In this document: positions 27,253 to 37,028 of the stretch, one piece after another | How the letters are laid out: every line of letters begins with the position of its first letter | How positions within the stretch are numbered: the first letter of the stretch is position 1 | DNA from: Minisyncoccota bacterium | GTDB lineage: Bacteria > Patescibacteriota > Minisyncoccia > Minisyncoccales > Minisyncoccaceae | Assembly (NCBI GenBank): GCA_041657045.1 | Contig: JBBACM010000001.1 | Location: 13,259 to 77,258, forward strand | DNA length: 64,000 bases | Reading direction: 5' to 3' | Notes under the pieces: generated by a model | Databases searched by the model: none | The model's input: only the letters and a program-made list of their open reading frames with translations | Told to the model about the DNA's origin: nothing | Made by a program: the position numbers and the translations under genes

Positions 27253-28566
27253 TTATCTTTTTTCTACCGGAAACAAAATAAAAGACATCGGCTGGGTTTT
27301 CCCTGGGTCGTAAATCGCGGTCGGTAATTTACTCTGACAAATACCTCCTCCTTCTATAGAATTAATATCGTAATATACGCACTTGCCATTAGCAACGCCT
27401 ACTGCTGCACTGCTTAAAACTACACCGATGGGGCCGCTTATAGAAAGAGACATAATCGCATCGCCCGGATCCAATTTTTCAGTACAAGCTAAATAGCTAT
27501 CGTTATAAATATTATGATGTCCATAGCCCTTCAGGGTGCATTTTTTAACTTCAGCAGATGAATTACTGGTTGATTCAGCGCAGTCTGGAGCAGTATAAAG
27601 GGTAACAACTCCTACGTCCGGCAAATCGGGGACTGGTTGTCTTATAATTATCAAAGAAGAAAGTGTATTATTTTTAATAGGCGTGGGATAGTATCCACCA
27701 ACCCCGCTATTCATGTTAGGAACATTTTGAGCGAGGAAAGAACATGAACCGCTATAATTCGGATCGGTAAATACGATTGCTTGATAATTTATTTTTTCCT
27801 TGCTCTGGTCAGGATTTAATATCTTTATTGAACTAGTTGAATTATCAAAAGACTTTTCGGATAGATTATAAATACCGTCCTCCGTGTAAAGAGGGAAAGG
27901 CTTTGTGTTAATAGTATAATTTAATCCGTCATAAAGATATAGTCCGGCTTTTTTCCATAGGAAAAAGATTGATTTTGCTCCGGATATTTCTCCGCTGGTA
28001 CATCCAGCTTCGCAAGAAAACTCTTGCCGTGTCCCCGTAAAACCCTCTTCGGAATAAGTATAAACTGCCAAAAGAGAATCTGGTTGAAAGTTCCACTCAA
28101 GAGTACCTTGGATATTATATCCTATTTTTGACATCGTGTCGGTAATACAGGCCTGGCTTATTTCATTGCTACCCTCAAGCGGTATCCTCGTCACAATAAT
28201 GCCCTGAGAACATTTCAATTGAGTTATTTTAATGGTCTCCAATTCTGGATTAATTGTATTTAAAACGACATAAGAGCCGATAAGAACTGCTACTCCTAAA
28301 AGAGTATTTTTAATCTTGCTTTTAGCCGACTCTATTTTGCTTGGATTGCCCTCGGCGGTCATCCATTCTATTCCTGCCATTATCACAATAACAATGGCGA
28401 TAAAAGACCCGAAGGCAACAATCAGGTTGAAAAAATAAACAACAAATCCTGCGGCGGTTGCATCCTTCGGAAAACCGGCGAGCAAAGGTATGTCTGCCGC
28501 CATGGCTGGTAGAGCCGTTAATAATATTATTGCTGCAACAACCGATATCTTCGTTTTATTATTCAT
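27253..28566 (-). CDS. Pilin-domain fusion protein B (437 aa), same architecture
   Basis: VVYFFNLIVAFG...IMAGI...EGNPSKIESAKSKIKNTLLG...LNTINPEL, followed by a Cys-containing ~320-aa domain. Confidence 0.55.
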   Translation of the reverse strand: MNNKTKISVVAAIILLTALPAMAADIPLLAGFPKDATAAGFVVYFFNLIVAFGSFIAIVIVIMAGIEWMTAEGNPSKIESAKSKIKNTLLGVAVLIGSYVVLNTINPELETIKITQLKCSQGIIVTRIPLEGSNEISQACITDTMSKIGYNIQGTLEWNFQPDSLLAVYTYSEEGFTGTRQEFSCEAGCTSGEISGAKSIFFLWKKAGLYLYDGLNYTINTKPFPLYTEDGIYNLSEKSFDNSTSSIKILNPDQSKEKINYQAIVFTDPNYSGSCSFLAQNVPNMNSGVGGYYPTPIKNNTLSSLIIIRQPVPDLPDVGVVTLYTAPDCAESTSNSSAEVKKCTLKGYGHHNIYNDSYLACTEKLDPGDAIMSLSISGPIGVVLSSAAVGVANGKCVYYDINSIEGGGICQSKLPTAIYDPGKTQPMSFILFPVEKR

Positions 28567-28578
28567 ATTGATTACATT

Positions 28579-31047
28579 TTACTTACAACAATAATAATTG
28601 TCCATATATTCCTCAACATCCATCTGACATCCTGGATTTGTTCCGTCGCCGACACGATTAATATTCTGAAAACATTTGCTTCTTTGCTCTTTCGTCAAAT
28701 CTAAACTATTATAAGGATAACAATTTTGATATCCTTCATTTTTAGTATTAGGATAGGGAAAATCAGGAAGGATAACTAATTTGTCTAGGGTCACATGATT
28801 AATTCCTTCCAAACAATTAAATATTTGCGTTTGAGATTTATTTTCCTTATAAGACGAACCGTAGCCGGTAATACAAGAGTTCATCTTTCTTCTTGAATCA
28901 AGTAACATTTCTATTAAAACAAACCTATTTTTAATCGTGTTGCCTTCGGTAAGAGAGCTGTTGCATTCGACTTTCTTTTTGTTTTCTATAATTTCTTTAT
29001 TTTCTTCAATGCAAACCTCGTCATCTATGTCGCATATTTTTTCCTTCCTATCTGGTCTCATGTCTTCAGGACAGATAGTGTTAACAAGCTCAATCCCCGC
29101 AGCTGGATCAAATTCTCTGATTTCTTCAAGGCTGTCGACAGAAGATAATGCAAATAATCTTTTTTCTCTTTCTGCCCATCTCTGCAAGGCTCCTGCTTTG
29201 GCTAAATTAGAAATTCTTAAAGTTGCCTCTGCCTCATCTTTTGTGGAGTCATAGCAAGAATCATCTATTTCTCTTACTGCGTATATACTTTTAATTAAAT
29301 CGCAAAAACTCCTGTAGGGGCAAGCCCAATACTGTTCTCGTGGTAAAGGAAAACGAGGCATAGGATCTCCGTGCTCTATACAAAGGTCAGAACATCCAAT
29401 ATATGCACGAGAGTACTCAGGATAAGGATAATCTTCTGCCGCTTCTCCGGGATAACAGGTAGTATAGTAAATGCTCGGGCAAGGGCACGTACTGTTAGAA
29501 TTACATTGCGGACGGACACAGCAATTACTGCTCGCAAGCTTACAATTACTGCCATCGCAATTATTCGGTAATTCAGCGATGCTTAATCCTGAATTATAAA
29601 CTTCTTTAACTTCTTTAATTAAATCTTCTATTCTTTTTACCAATTCTTCTCCATATCGTTCGGTTTCATCGACCGTTTCTCCTATGGGTATGACTCCGGA
29701 ATATTTTTTATCATAGACACTACACGTGTCGTCTTTGCTCGCATCAACGGCTGTCTCTCTTTGTTTTTTATCGTTATATTCTTGACTAAAGTAGAATGTC
29801 GCAGGGTCTCCATCATACAAATATCTTTCTTGGCCGTTCACCATTTTACACATTCTTTCTGCTTCGTTTAAATCATATTTGACGCAAACTTCTATATTAT
29901 TATCATATCCTTTCTGTACACAATAATCATCGCAATATCTGGAAATATCATAATCTTCAAAAGGAGTCGATGCAAGGATAGATGAATTATCTTGATTTTG
30001 AAGGCTATGGAATTCAGCAATACTTAATCTTTCTCCAAACGGCCTTTTAGTGCTAAGTTCTACCTGCTTCAACTTATTTACTTGATTTGTAAAATAATCC
30101 TTAAAGCCGGACAGTCTTTCTGTCCCGTCTTTAAAGGTAACCATATTTGGATATTTAGGAGCATCTTCTTTTATCCATCCTTTTTCGTAGCAAATCTTTT
30201 CGGGATCGCTTCCGTCCATCAATTGCTTTATCTCTTCTCTTTTACAGTCTATTTGCTTTCTGTTGGGACAAGGATCGTAAGGATACTGTTCCAGCTCCGG
30301 TTCTCCTACAAGATTATTTCCAGGAGCCTCTGGACATCCCGTGTGTGAATGACCGCAAAGATTACAGTATGATTCCCCGCAAGTAGGACAAACACAAGTA
30401 CCTGTTGTCATTCCTATTCTTCCTAAAGGATTAGGAGGGAAGGGAGCGGTATAAACTCTAGAACATTCGCATTCCTTCATTAAAACATCTAATTCTTTTA
30501 TTAATCGGCTAAGTTCGACTTCGGCTTTTTTCCTGAGAGCTTCTTCGAGGTCCTTCATGCAATAAAAAATATCCCTATCGAGAATAATATCTTTTTCGTT
30601 TATTTGTCCGTCACTATTTTTATCAATAATATTTCCGTCTTCATTGTATTCGTAACATTCAAGTGCATTTTTGGTTGAAGAATTTCCGGATAGAATACTT
30701 TCTACCAATGTTCCTATTGGCAATTCTTGAAATGTTATTGTCTCTTTTACCTCTTTTTTTACTTCGGGAGTTAGAATGGGAATGTCTACATGAACTCCAA
30801 CCAGAGAAACATTTTTAAGAGCGACTAAATCAGGATTAATTGTTGTTAGAAGAACGTATGAAACAAGAAGAACAGCCAGCCCAAGCAGGGCACTAATTAT
30901 TTTCTTCTTTGCTTCCTGTTTAGCTGAAGGATTTCCAGATGAGCTCAAGATATTTATTCCGCTATAGGCAATAACGATAAAAGCGAGGACGGCTCCCATT
31001 GCCACACCGAGATTGAAAATATATATAATGTAATCGGCAAATGTCAT
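28579..31047 (-). CDS. Pilin-domain fusion protein C (822 aa): VirB2/TrbC-like module plus a very Cys-rich ~740-aa ectodomain. It has no signal peptide of its own.
   Basis: IIYIFNLGVAMG...IAYSGI...SGNPSAKQEAKKKI...LLG...LTTINPDL, followed by CxxC-rich repeats. Confidence 0.55.
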   Translation of the reverse strand: MTFADYIIYIFNLGVAMGAVLAFIVIAYSGINILSSSGNPSAKQEAKKKIISALLGLAVLLVSYVLLTTINPDLVALKNVSLVGVHVDIPILTPEVKKEVKETITFQELPIGTLVESILSGNSSTKNALECYEYNEDGNIIDKNSDGQINEKDIILDRDIFYCMKDLEEALRKKAEVELSRLIKELDVLMKECECSRVYTAPFPPNPLGRIGMTTGTCVCPTCGESYCNLCGHSHTGCPEAPGNNLVGEPELEQYPYDPCPNRKQIDCKREEIKQLMDGSDPEKICYEKGWIKEDAPKYPNMVTFKDGTERLSGFKDYFTNQVNKLKQVELSTKRPFGERLSIAEFHSLQNQDNSSILASTPFEDYDISRYCDDYCVQKGYDNNIEVCVKYDLNEAERMCKMVNGQERYLYDGDPATFYFSQEYNDKKQRETAVDASKDDTCSVYDKKYSGVIPIGETVDETERYGEELVKRIEDLIKEVKEVYNSGLSIAELPNNCDGSNCKLASSNCCVRPQCNSNSTCPCPSIYYTTCYPGEAAEDYPYPEYSRAYIGCSDLCIEHGDPMPRFPLPREQYWACPYRSFCDLIKSIYAVREIDDSCYDSTKDEAEATLRISNLAKAGALQRWAEREKRLFALSSVDSLEEIREFDPAAGIELVNTICPEDMRPDRKEKICDIDDEVCIEENKEIIENKKKVECNSSLTEGNTIKNRFVLIEMLLDSRRKMNSCITGYGSSYKENKSQTQIFNCLEGINHVTLDKLVILPDFPYPNTKNEGYQNCYPYNSLDLTKEQRSKCFQNINRVGDGTNPGCQMDVEEYMDNYYCCK

Positions 31048-31048
31048 T

Positions 31049-31384
31049 TTATTCTGTATCGATTAAATTAAACAAAACAGATAATGTCCAGAAGGGAACA
31101 ACTCCGACATAAGGAATTAATTCTCCAAAAGTAGGAATGGATATTTTTGTCGAATTTCCGGTAAATAATTTACTAAGCTCCTCTAATGCTCCTTTTCGCC
31201 CCCGAGCGTTTCTCGGCTTCTTGTTTCTTATAATCAGCCACATGTTTATAGTAGCAATTCCTATCATGTCTGTCATCCCAAAATCATCCCAACCCAAACA
31301 AAAGAGAACAATTCCAACTGCATCCAATCCTATTGCAAGGGGGAGCATACAAAAAACTTCTGGGGTAAATTTAAGTCCGAGCAT
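31049..31384 (-). CDS. Small membrane protein. Its C-terminus (IPTFGELIPY...SVLFNLIDTE) resembles the leader/first-helix region of the pilin-fusion paralogs; it may be a split-off N-terminus of the 822-aa gene.
   Basis: Manual alignment with the N-termini of 26211 and 27253. It abuts the 822-aa start with a 1-nt gap in a different frame. Confidence 0.4.
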   Translation of the reverse strand: MLGLKFTPEVFCMLPLAIGLDAVGIVLFCLGWDDFGMTDMIGIATINMWLIIRNKKPRNARGRKGALEELSKLFTGNSTKISIPTFGELIPYVGVVPFWTLSVLFNLIDTE

Positions 31385-31479
31385 ATTAATTTAATTATAC
31401 TTTATTGGCCTTGAGACATCAACCCTGCCAAAAAAAAGTTTACAATTTATTAGAAAGTATTGTATAATATTTATAATAT

Positions 31480-33429
31480 ATGAAAATAACAAATTTTTAT
31501 AAAATACTATTAATAGTTGCAGTGGCATTTATTATATTCCCGGCAGCTAACACGTACGCAGCTGATAATGTTGCTGTAATAGCAAACCCTGGATCTTGCG
31601 ATCTTCTTCTGCACCCTCTCGAATGTGTTTCAAGCGGAATAATAAACACTATTATTAATATCGCAGGAATTTTAGCGCCCGCCGCATTAAGGATAGGAGA
31701 ATATTTCCTTAACGCTGCCATTAGCGGTGATGTTTTAGGGGCTGGCTTCACTCCGGACAGCAACGAATATATCGCTACTGGATGGGGAATAGTCAGAAAT
31801 TTGGCCAATGCGGCGCTGGTAATAGGATTAGTTGTTATAGCTGTAGGTATAATTTTAGGATATCAAGAGAATCAAGCTAAAAAAATTCTACTTAATTTTA
31901 TAATTATCGCACTCTTAATTAACTTTACTCCGGTAATCTGCGGCTTTATTATAGATGGCGCAAACATACTTACAAAATCGATGATGACGGGAGGAATAGA
32001 CGATAGTTATTCAAAATCCATATCAAATCTATTCGTTATAATAGGGAATATGAAGGGTGGTTGGATTGATCAGCTTGCTCTCACGATAGTAGTAACATTT
32101 TTTTCATTGTTCGCAACAGTCATATATCTTTTATACGCCCTTCTTTTTTTCGGAAGAATTGTTATTCTTTGGATATTGGTCATTGTTTCTCCAATAGCCT
32201 TTGCCACAAAAGTATTTCCTCAATCAAAATACATAAGGAACTTTTTCCCGAGCGTAACTTATTGGGATGACTGGTGGGAAAGCTTTATCCAATGGTGTGT
32301 TATAGGAATTCCGGCAGGAATGTCGATATACCTTTCAAATACGATGATTGCAAAAATAGCAAGCACATCTAATTCTACAGCAGCAACCGAAGCAAATATA
32401 TTTGGAATATTAATCGGGTATTCGATTCCATTCATCTTCCTGCTTGCCGGATTCTTTATCTCTATTTCTTCAGGCGGAAAAGTTGGAACATTTGTGGGTG
32501 GAGTAGCAACTGGTGCATGGGCCGTTTCAGGAGGAAGGGCGGCAAATTGGGGTAGAGAAAAAATAAAAGCAGGCGGGGAATGGGTAGAGGGAAGAACTGC
32601 TGCTACCGGATCTTATATAAAAGAAGGTGCAGCGGGAATTGCTGGTGTTATAGCAATGGATAAAACAGATCAACCAAGACCACTGTCTGTATTTAATAAA
32701 GAAGATAGAGAAGCAGGAAGACAAGCAATATCGGGATGGAAAAAAAGAGTCGTTCAAGACACTCCTCTTAAATATTTAACCAACCCTCCAGCCTTAGAAA
32801 AAGACAAGGAGGCTGCTATGGAAAATTACAACAAAAATTGGAATCGTTATAATCAAAACGATAGAGATAAAATTGAAAAAATGCTTATCGATAAAGACAC
32901 TTCTTTGTTCTTGAAAGGAGGTATTGATAAAGATAAAACTCCCGAAGAAAATTCTAGAGAATACCAGAGAAGATTGGCTTCTGTTGGGCTACACGGGGGA
33001 GAAAAAACAAAATTTGAAGCTTATCTCCACGCCTCCGGAAATACTCAATTTGCCGGTATGGGAGGAATACAAGCGGTAAATGAATGGGCAACGAAAAATA
33101 AAATTGATGCTCCTAAAAAACTAAGATCAATGAGCGCAAAAGACGCTAGAGAAAAAATAGGTGCTGATGCTATAAGACAAAATCCAGAAATTCTTCGAAA
33201 TATGGGAGAAAAAGCAGCATTTAATATCTTACAGCAAGGATCAGTAGAGCAAAGAAAGGCGATTAAAGAAAAAACTATTGGTAGAGACAATGCGTTATTT
33301 ACAAAATACATGCAAGATCAGCTGAATATATCAACCGACAGGACATTAACCGAAGACCAAAGAGAAGAGGCAGAGATGAACTATAATAGATGTTATAAAA
33401 TAGCAGAAGAAGTACATATTAATACTTAA
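31480..33429 (+). CDS. VirB6/TrbL-like polytopic membrane protein (signal peptide, about 7 TM helices, Trp-rich loop, hydrophilic C-terminal ~300 aa)
   Basis: Topology and locus context. The N-terminal ADNVAVIANPGSCDLL...GIINTIINIAG segment echoes the pilin leader region. Confidence 0.45.
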   Translation: MKITNFYKILLIVAVAFIIFPAANTYAADNVAVIANPGSCDLLLHPLECVSSGIINTIINIAGILAPAALRIGEYFLNAAISGDVLGAGFTPDSNEYIATGWGIVRNLANAALVIGLVVIAVGIILGYQENQAKKILLNFIIIALLINFTPVICGFIIDGANILTKSMMTGGIDDSYSKSISNLFVIIGNMKGGWIDQLALTIVVTFFSLFATVIYLLYALLFFGRIVILWILVIVSPIAFATKVFPQSKYIRNFFPSVTYWDDWWESFIQWCVIGIPAGMSIYLSNTMIAKIASTSNSTAATEANIFGILIGYSIPFIFLLAGFFISISSGGKVGTFVGGVATGAWAVSGGRAANWGREKIKAGGEWVEGRTAATGSYIKEGAAGIAGVIAMDKTDQPRPLSVFNKEDREAGRQAISGWKKRVVQDTPLKYLTNPPALEKDKEAAMENYNKNWNRYNQNDRDKIEKMLIDKDTSLFLKGGIDKDKTPEENSREYQRRLASVGLHGGEKTKFEAYLHASGNTQFAGMGGIQAVNEWATKNKIDAPKKLRSMSAKDAREKIGADAIRQNPEILRNMGEKAAFNILQQGSVEQRKAIKEKTIGRDNALFTKYMQDQLNISTDRTLTEDQREEAEMNYNRCYKIAEEVHINT

Positions 33430-33432
33430 TTT

Positions 33433-33912
33433 ATGCCATTAACCAAACAAACAATTTCTTTCATAGAGGAAATAATGATTAAATATGGCCTTGAGGATAA
33501 GCTTATAGAAAATGACGCTCTATTAAAAAATAAAATATCGGGAGTAGAAGATCTTTCTGAAAGGGCTGTATTAAAATTACTTTTCGGGGAAAAAATAAAA
33601 GAACAAGAGATGGCTGGCAAATCATTGGAAGATATTTTGCCCTCAATGAGGCTTAAAAGAATATTAGAAAAATTAGTAGACAAGAAAATATCATACAAAG
33701 ATTTACCAGGATTAATCAAAAGTGGATTAAGTACCGACCAATCTATGACCGATGAAATAGTGAAATTAATAGAAAACAACACTGAACTTCACGCCGCCAT
33801 AAACAAGCCTGTTGAAAATAAAATTGTAGAAGAAGAAATAACTGAGGAAGAGTCGGCGCAAAAAATAATTACAGAAAATAAAAAAAGTATAGGAAACGAA
33901 TTGTTGAAATAA
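33433..33912 (+). CDS. Hypothetical soluble acidic protein, translationally coupled to the VirB6-like gene
   Basis: ORF only. Confidence 0.35.
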   Translation: MPLTKQTISFIEEIMIKYGLEDKLIENDALLKNKISGVEDLSERAVLKLLFGEKIKEQEMAGKSLEDILPSMRLKRILEKLVDKKISYKDLPGLIKSGLSTDQSMTDEIVKLIENNTELHAAINKPVENKIVEEEITEEESAQKIITENKKSIGNELLK

Positions 33913-33927
33913 AAAAAATAGCTGGTA

Positions 33928-35331
33928 TCATTCATCATTTTTTGGTTTGAATGGTATCCCAGCTTTCTTAAGAGCTTCTCTTGTTTTGTCGGTAATATTT
34001 TTTTTATTACTTTCACCGTCTTCCACAGAAGCTTTTTCGTTTTCTTTCTTTTGGATAGGACTATTGTTAAACGTCTTTTGAAATACTGCGGCAGCGCTCA
34101 AAAGTTCGTTCCCTCCTGTTCCTTTTCCCTCGGTGAAAATTCTAACTCCAGTCCCTTGTCTTATGGCCATGCCGTCCAAGACATCTCTTCTGCATTTATT
34201 GTATATAGGGCCGTAAATCCTTTTGAATTCTTCTGGATTTTTTATTAATGAAGCAAACTCTTCTGGAGTAGTCGCTGTTCTTCTTTGGAATAAAGCATCG
34301 GTCGCTGACATTTCTGTCACTAGCCGTTCCTGATTCATCTGCGCCTGAATGGCGACAGCTTTCTTCTCGAATTCTTGCCTTATTGGCTCATTGGCCGCAT
34401 CGATGATTTCCTTTGGGACGGTCAGCTTAGATATTTGTATTTTTATAATATATATTCCGTACTTTTCTAAACATATTCGGATGGTAGACTTTCCTTTATC
34501 ATCTCCATATTTTTTCTGTTCTTCAAATTTTTTATAAAAATGCATTGCTAATTCTTCATCTTCTTTCTGGAGATCGTTATAGTCTGAATTCCTTATTTCC
34601 TCAAATATTACATTATATACTTCTGATATAAAAGCCTTATACCAATCCTTAATCAAGAATTGAGAAAGAGGCGGGTTAAAAGGCTGTCCCAGTATCCCCA
34701 TATTGAAACTGATTGGAACATTATCCTTACTGTAAATATCTTTTATCTTCAGACCATAATTATATGGAGCAACAACCCAATCCCACATTACATCTTCTTC
34801 CTTTGTAACCTCTTGGGTAGTAGGATTATATTTCTCCCATCTTAAAATACCCTCAAAAGGCTCTTCAAATAATCCAAGGAGTTTAAAAAACCTCAAGTTA
34901 TGGATTACAGGAATTATCCTCGTTGTTTTTATTTTTTCCCCTGGGTCTATCCCAAATTTTTCAGGAATACTTTCTCCCTCCAGGGGAACGATCCATCCTT
35001 TTTCGGTGAGAGTATGACCGTCTAACTGTAGGTCTGATCGAGTATATCCCTCGCCCTCCATAATCAAGAGTAGGTGGCTTTGTCGAACAAAGTAACCAAA
35101 AATTCTTACTGGAGCCAAGATAAAATAAGTCACAAAAAAAATAATTACTGGAAGTAGAATAAATGAAGCTATAGCAGCAACAAATGGATTTTTTAAAAAA
35201 ATCCACAATAAGAAGAAAGCAAGCAAGAATGATACAATAATCATTGTAAATCCTTTTTTCCTGGAATTTCTTCTTTGTTCTTTTGTCTGTTCCAACTTTT
35301 TTTCAATACTTAACCTTTCCATGATTTTCAC
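33928..35331 (-). CDS. Membrane-anchored protein with an SPFH/band-7-like region
   Basis: N-terminal TM helices. C-terminal ...YIIKIQISKLTVPKEIIDAANEPIRQEFEKKAVAIQAQM... resembles the stomatin/HflC helical segment. Confidence 0.4.
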   Translation of the reverse strand: MKIMERLSIEKKLEQTKEQRRNSRKKGFTMIIVSFLLAFFLLWIFLKNPFVAAIASFILLPVIIFFVTYFILAPVRIFGYFVRQSHLLLIMEGEGYTRSDLQLDGHTLTEKGWIVPLEGESIPEKFGIDPGEKIKTTRIIPVIHNLRFFKLLGLFEEPFEGILRWEKYNPTTQEVTKEEDVMWDWVVAPYNYGLKIKDIYSKDNVPISFNMGILGQPFNPPLSQFLIKDWYKAFISEVYNVIFEEIRNSDYNDLQKEDEELAMHFYKKFEEQKKYGDDKGKSTIRICLEKYGIYIIKIQISKLTVPKEIIDAANEPIRQEFEKKAVAIQAQMNQERLVTEMSATDALFQRRTATTPEEFASLIKNPEEFKRIYGPIYNKCRRDVLDGMAIRQGTGVRIFTEGKGTGGNELLSAAAVFQKTFNNSPIQKKENEKASVEDGESNKKNITDKTREALKKAGIPFKPKNDE

Positions 35332-35502
35332 CTTTCCTTTTCTGTTTTAAAGTTTCACATTACATAATCGTAATATCCCTTGGCTTAGCCAAAGAACACT
35401 ATTATTATGTACTATATTAACACTTTTGTCAAGCTACCACGCATATCTTAATAGCGCACCCATTGAATCTCAAAAAATATATGGTAAAATACTTATATAC
35501 AT

Positions 35503-35958
35503 ATGGAAGAACAAAAAGACTCCAAAGATTTATTTTGGAAAACATACGAAACACTGCCGGACAATATTAAAGAAGCTCTTTTCTCAGAAGAGAATTTTAA
35601 TATTGTTTCTGAAATATGCGAAAAAAACGGAATAAGCGATGAAGAAATAAAATCTCAACTAATGAAGTACATAGGAAAAACATTAATGGGATTGCTGCCG
35701 ATAAAAGAATTTTCTATAATCCTTGAATTAGAATTAAATCTTGAAACCGAAAAAGCAAGAGATATAAGCTGGGACATCGACCGAAGAATTTTCAGCCATT
35801 TAAGAATTTCTTTAAACAAACTTTATTCTCCAAGTGTTGCAGAGAATAAAGAAGTAAGCGATAATACTAAGAAAGAGGGGGTACCAGAAACTAAAGAAGT
35901 GGTAAAGCCTAAAGTATTCGTTAATCCAAAAGACCCTTACAAAGAACCGCTAATCTAA
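35503..35958 (+). CDS. Hypothetical protein, first gene of the VirB3/VirB4 operon
   Basis: ORF with an upstream extended -10 (TGGTAAAAT at about 35478). Confidence 0.35.
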   Translation: MEEQKDSKDLFWKTYETLPDNIKEALFSEENFNIVSEICEKNGISDEEIKSQLMKYIGKTLMGLLPIKEFSIILELELNLETEKARDISWDIDRRIFSHLRISLNKLYSPSVAENKEVSDNTKKEGVPETKEVVKPKVFVNPKDPYKEPLI

Positions 35959-35960
35959 AT

Positions 35961-36386
35961 ATGCAATACAGAGTTCCTCAATTCATAGAGCACGAGGCTA
36001 AAATATTGGGCCCGCTCAATATAAAGCAAAGTTTGATGGTCGGAGGATCTCTCGCCGCCTGTTTTTTTCTTTACTTTATGGTCGGCCAGACAAACTTTTT
36101 TCTTTTTCTCATAATCGCTGCTTTTATAACCGGAGGAGCCTTGGCCATATCCTTCACAAAAATAGAAGGGCTGGAGCTTCCAACAGTAATTAAGAACTGG
36201 ATAAATTATAACGTTAATCCAAAAATATTCCTCTGGAGAAGAAAGCAATCTCCTGTATACTTATCAACCGAAAGAATAAGAAGAGAGATAGTCGCAAAAG
36301 AAAAAAAATCGCCCCTTAAAGTAAAGCAGGAAGGAAAAATAGGGGATTTAATTAAAAGAATTGATTTTGAAAGAAAAGGAGAATAA
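35961..36386 (+). CDS. VirB3/PrgI-like small membrane protein (two adjacent TM helices)
   Basis: About 25-aa hydrophilic N-terminus, then two hydrophobic helices. Sits immediately upstream of VirB4. Confidence 0.4.
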   Translation: MQYRVPQFIEHEAKILGPLNIKQSLMVGGSLAACFFLYFMVGQTNFFLFLIIAAFITGGALAISFTKIEGLELPTVIKNWINYNVNPKIFLWRRKQSPVYLSTERIRREIVAKEKKSPLKVKQEGKIGDLIKRIDFERKGE

Positions 36387-36388
36387 TT

Positions 36389-37024
36389 ATGGTAAATGTC
36401 CCGTCACAACAATTTATGCCCGTGGAACAAATAAGAGAGGGCGTAATGGTAATGAAAGATAAATCATTAAAATCTGTTCTTTTGGTGTCTTCGCTAAACT
36501 TCGCTTTGAAGTCTGAAGATGAACAGATGGCTATTATTTATCAATTTCAAAACTTCTTAAATTCTCTTGATTTCAGCTGCCAAATTATCGTAAATTCAAG
36601 AAAGGTGAACATAACAGGATATATTGATAAAATAAAAGACTTAGAAAATAAACAAAAGAACGAACTTTTAAAAATACAAACAGCTGAATACAGAACCTTC
36701 ATTGAAGAAATAGTTGCCGGCGGAAGCATCATGAGTAAGAACTTCTACATTGTTGTCCCTTACTTTCCGATGACCGAATTAGCGAACATCACCGGAATCG
36801 GACCAAAAGAAGATAAAAATAATTTGACTGAAAAAAAATTCCAAACAGGCAAATACCAATTATTACAAAGGATGGAATATGTTTCTTTAGGAATAAGAAG
36901 GTGCGGATTAAAATCGGCCGCGCTCGGCTCTGAAGAATTGATTGAATTACTATGGGGGTTGCATCACCCGAAGCAGGCCGAATTGGGATATTACCCTGAT
37001 TTGCCTCCGGAAGTTATAATGTAA
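36389..37024 (+). CDS. VirB4/TrbE N-terminal domain, encoded as a separate ORF
   Basis: The EQIREGVMVMKDKSLKSVLLVSSLNF...SEDE... pattern is typical of the VirB4 N-terminus. Combined length with the next ORF is about 800 aa. Confidence 0.45.
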   Translation: MVNVPSQQFMPVEQIREGVMVMKDKSLKSVLLVSSLNFALKSEDEQMAIIYQFQNFLNSLDFSCQIIVNSRKVNITGYIDKIKDLENKQKNELLKIQTAEYRTFIEEIVAGGSIMSKNFYIVVPYFPMTELANITGIGPKEDKNNLTEKKFQTGKYQLLQRMEYVSLGIRRCGLKSAALGSEELIELLWGLHHPKQAELGYYPDLPPEVIM

Positions 37025-37028
37025 AAAT

